Shown here in pieces: positions 63,623 through 64,000 of a DNA stretch of 64,000 nucleotides (position 1 is the first letter of the stretch; each line of letters begins with the position of its first letter). Under the pieces are notes generated by a model that saw only the letters and a list, made by a program, of their open reading frames with translations, was not told where the DNA came from and made no database searches. The position numbers and the translations under genes are program-made. This DNA is from Octopus sinensis (Eukaryota), in the NCBI RefSeq assembly GCF_006345805.1, contig NC_042997.1:135036001-135100000 (forward strand), given 5' to 3'.

Positions 63623-64000
63623 AGATATTAGAGTTAATGTGATATATGTGTGTGTGTTAGATATTAGTTTAATAAGATGTGTGTGTTCGTGTGCATGTGT
63701 GTGTTAATGTGCGTGCATGTGTGAGTGCCTGCATGTGTGTGTGTGCGTGTTTAACTACCTCATTTAAAGCATAATTATATAAAAGCAGATTGGGCGAATT
63801 TCTCAGGCTTATGGCAATCTGATATTTGCAAAAGTTATTTTAGTTTATCTTTAATTTTTAAAAAATAAATGTTCTGACACTATTATATGTACATATATGC
63901 ATGTTTCTGTATGTGTGTGTGTGTGTGTGAGTGTACTTTTTTACAGTTCTCGTCTTCCAAACTACATTCATAAGGCCGTAGTCTTATGAAGACTAAAGTT

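Overview
AT-rich, microsatellite-dense eukaryotic DNA with no host protein-coding gene that I can identify with confidence. The SINE families, the (TAA)n-associated Dong/R4 LINEs and the simple-repeat load resemble my recollection of octopus (coleoid cephalopod) genomes; this is inference, not a database result. Almost all ORF-track entries are translations of simple repeats. Recognisable content is transposon debris: about 25 tRNA-headed SINE copies or fragments, Dong/R4, HERO/NeSL-like, CRE and RTE non-LTR relics, and two mariner relics, one of them near full length. The main signal is a set of minimal type-I hammerhead ribozyme (HHR) motifs of the Penelope-like-element (PLE) kind, from four different sequence families. 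Three families sit in fold-back structures and show three different Watson-Crick pairs at the core 3:8 position (C-G, U-A, G-C). The fourth lies in a tRNA-head + (AAT)n + HHR composite that looks like a ribozyme-bearing SINE. Also notable are a 131-nt hairpin whose substitutions are all G-U compatible, an RTE copy with a twin-priming-like 5' inversion, and a (TAA)n nest of retroelement insertions. All alignments and folds were done by eye, so repeat boundaries are approximate.
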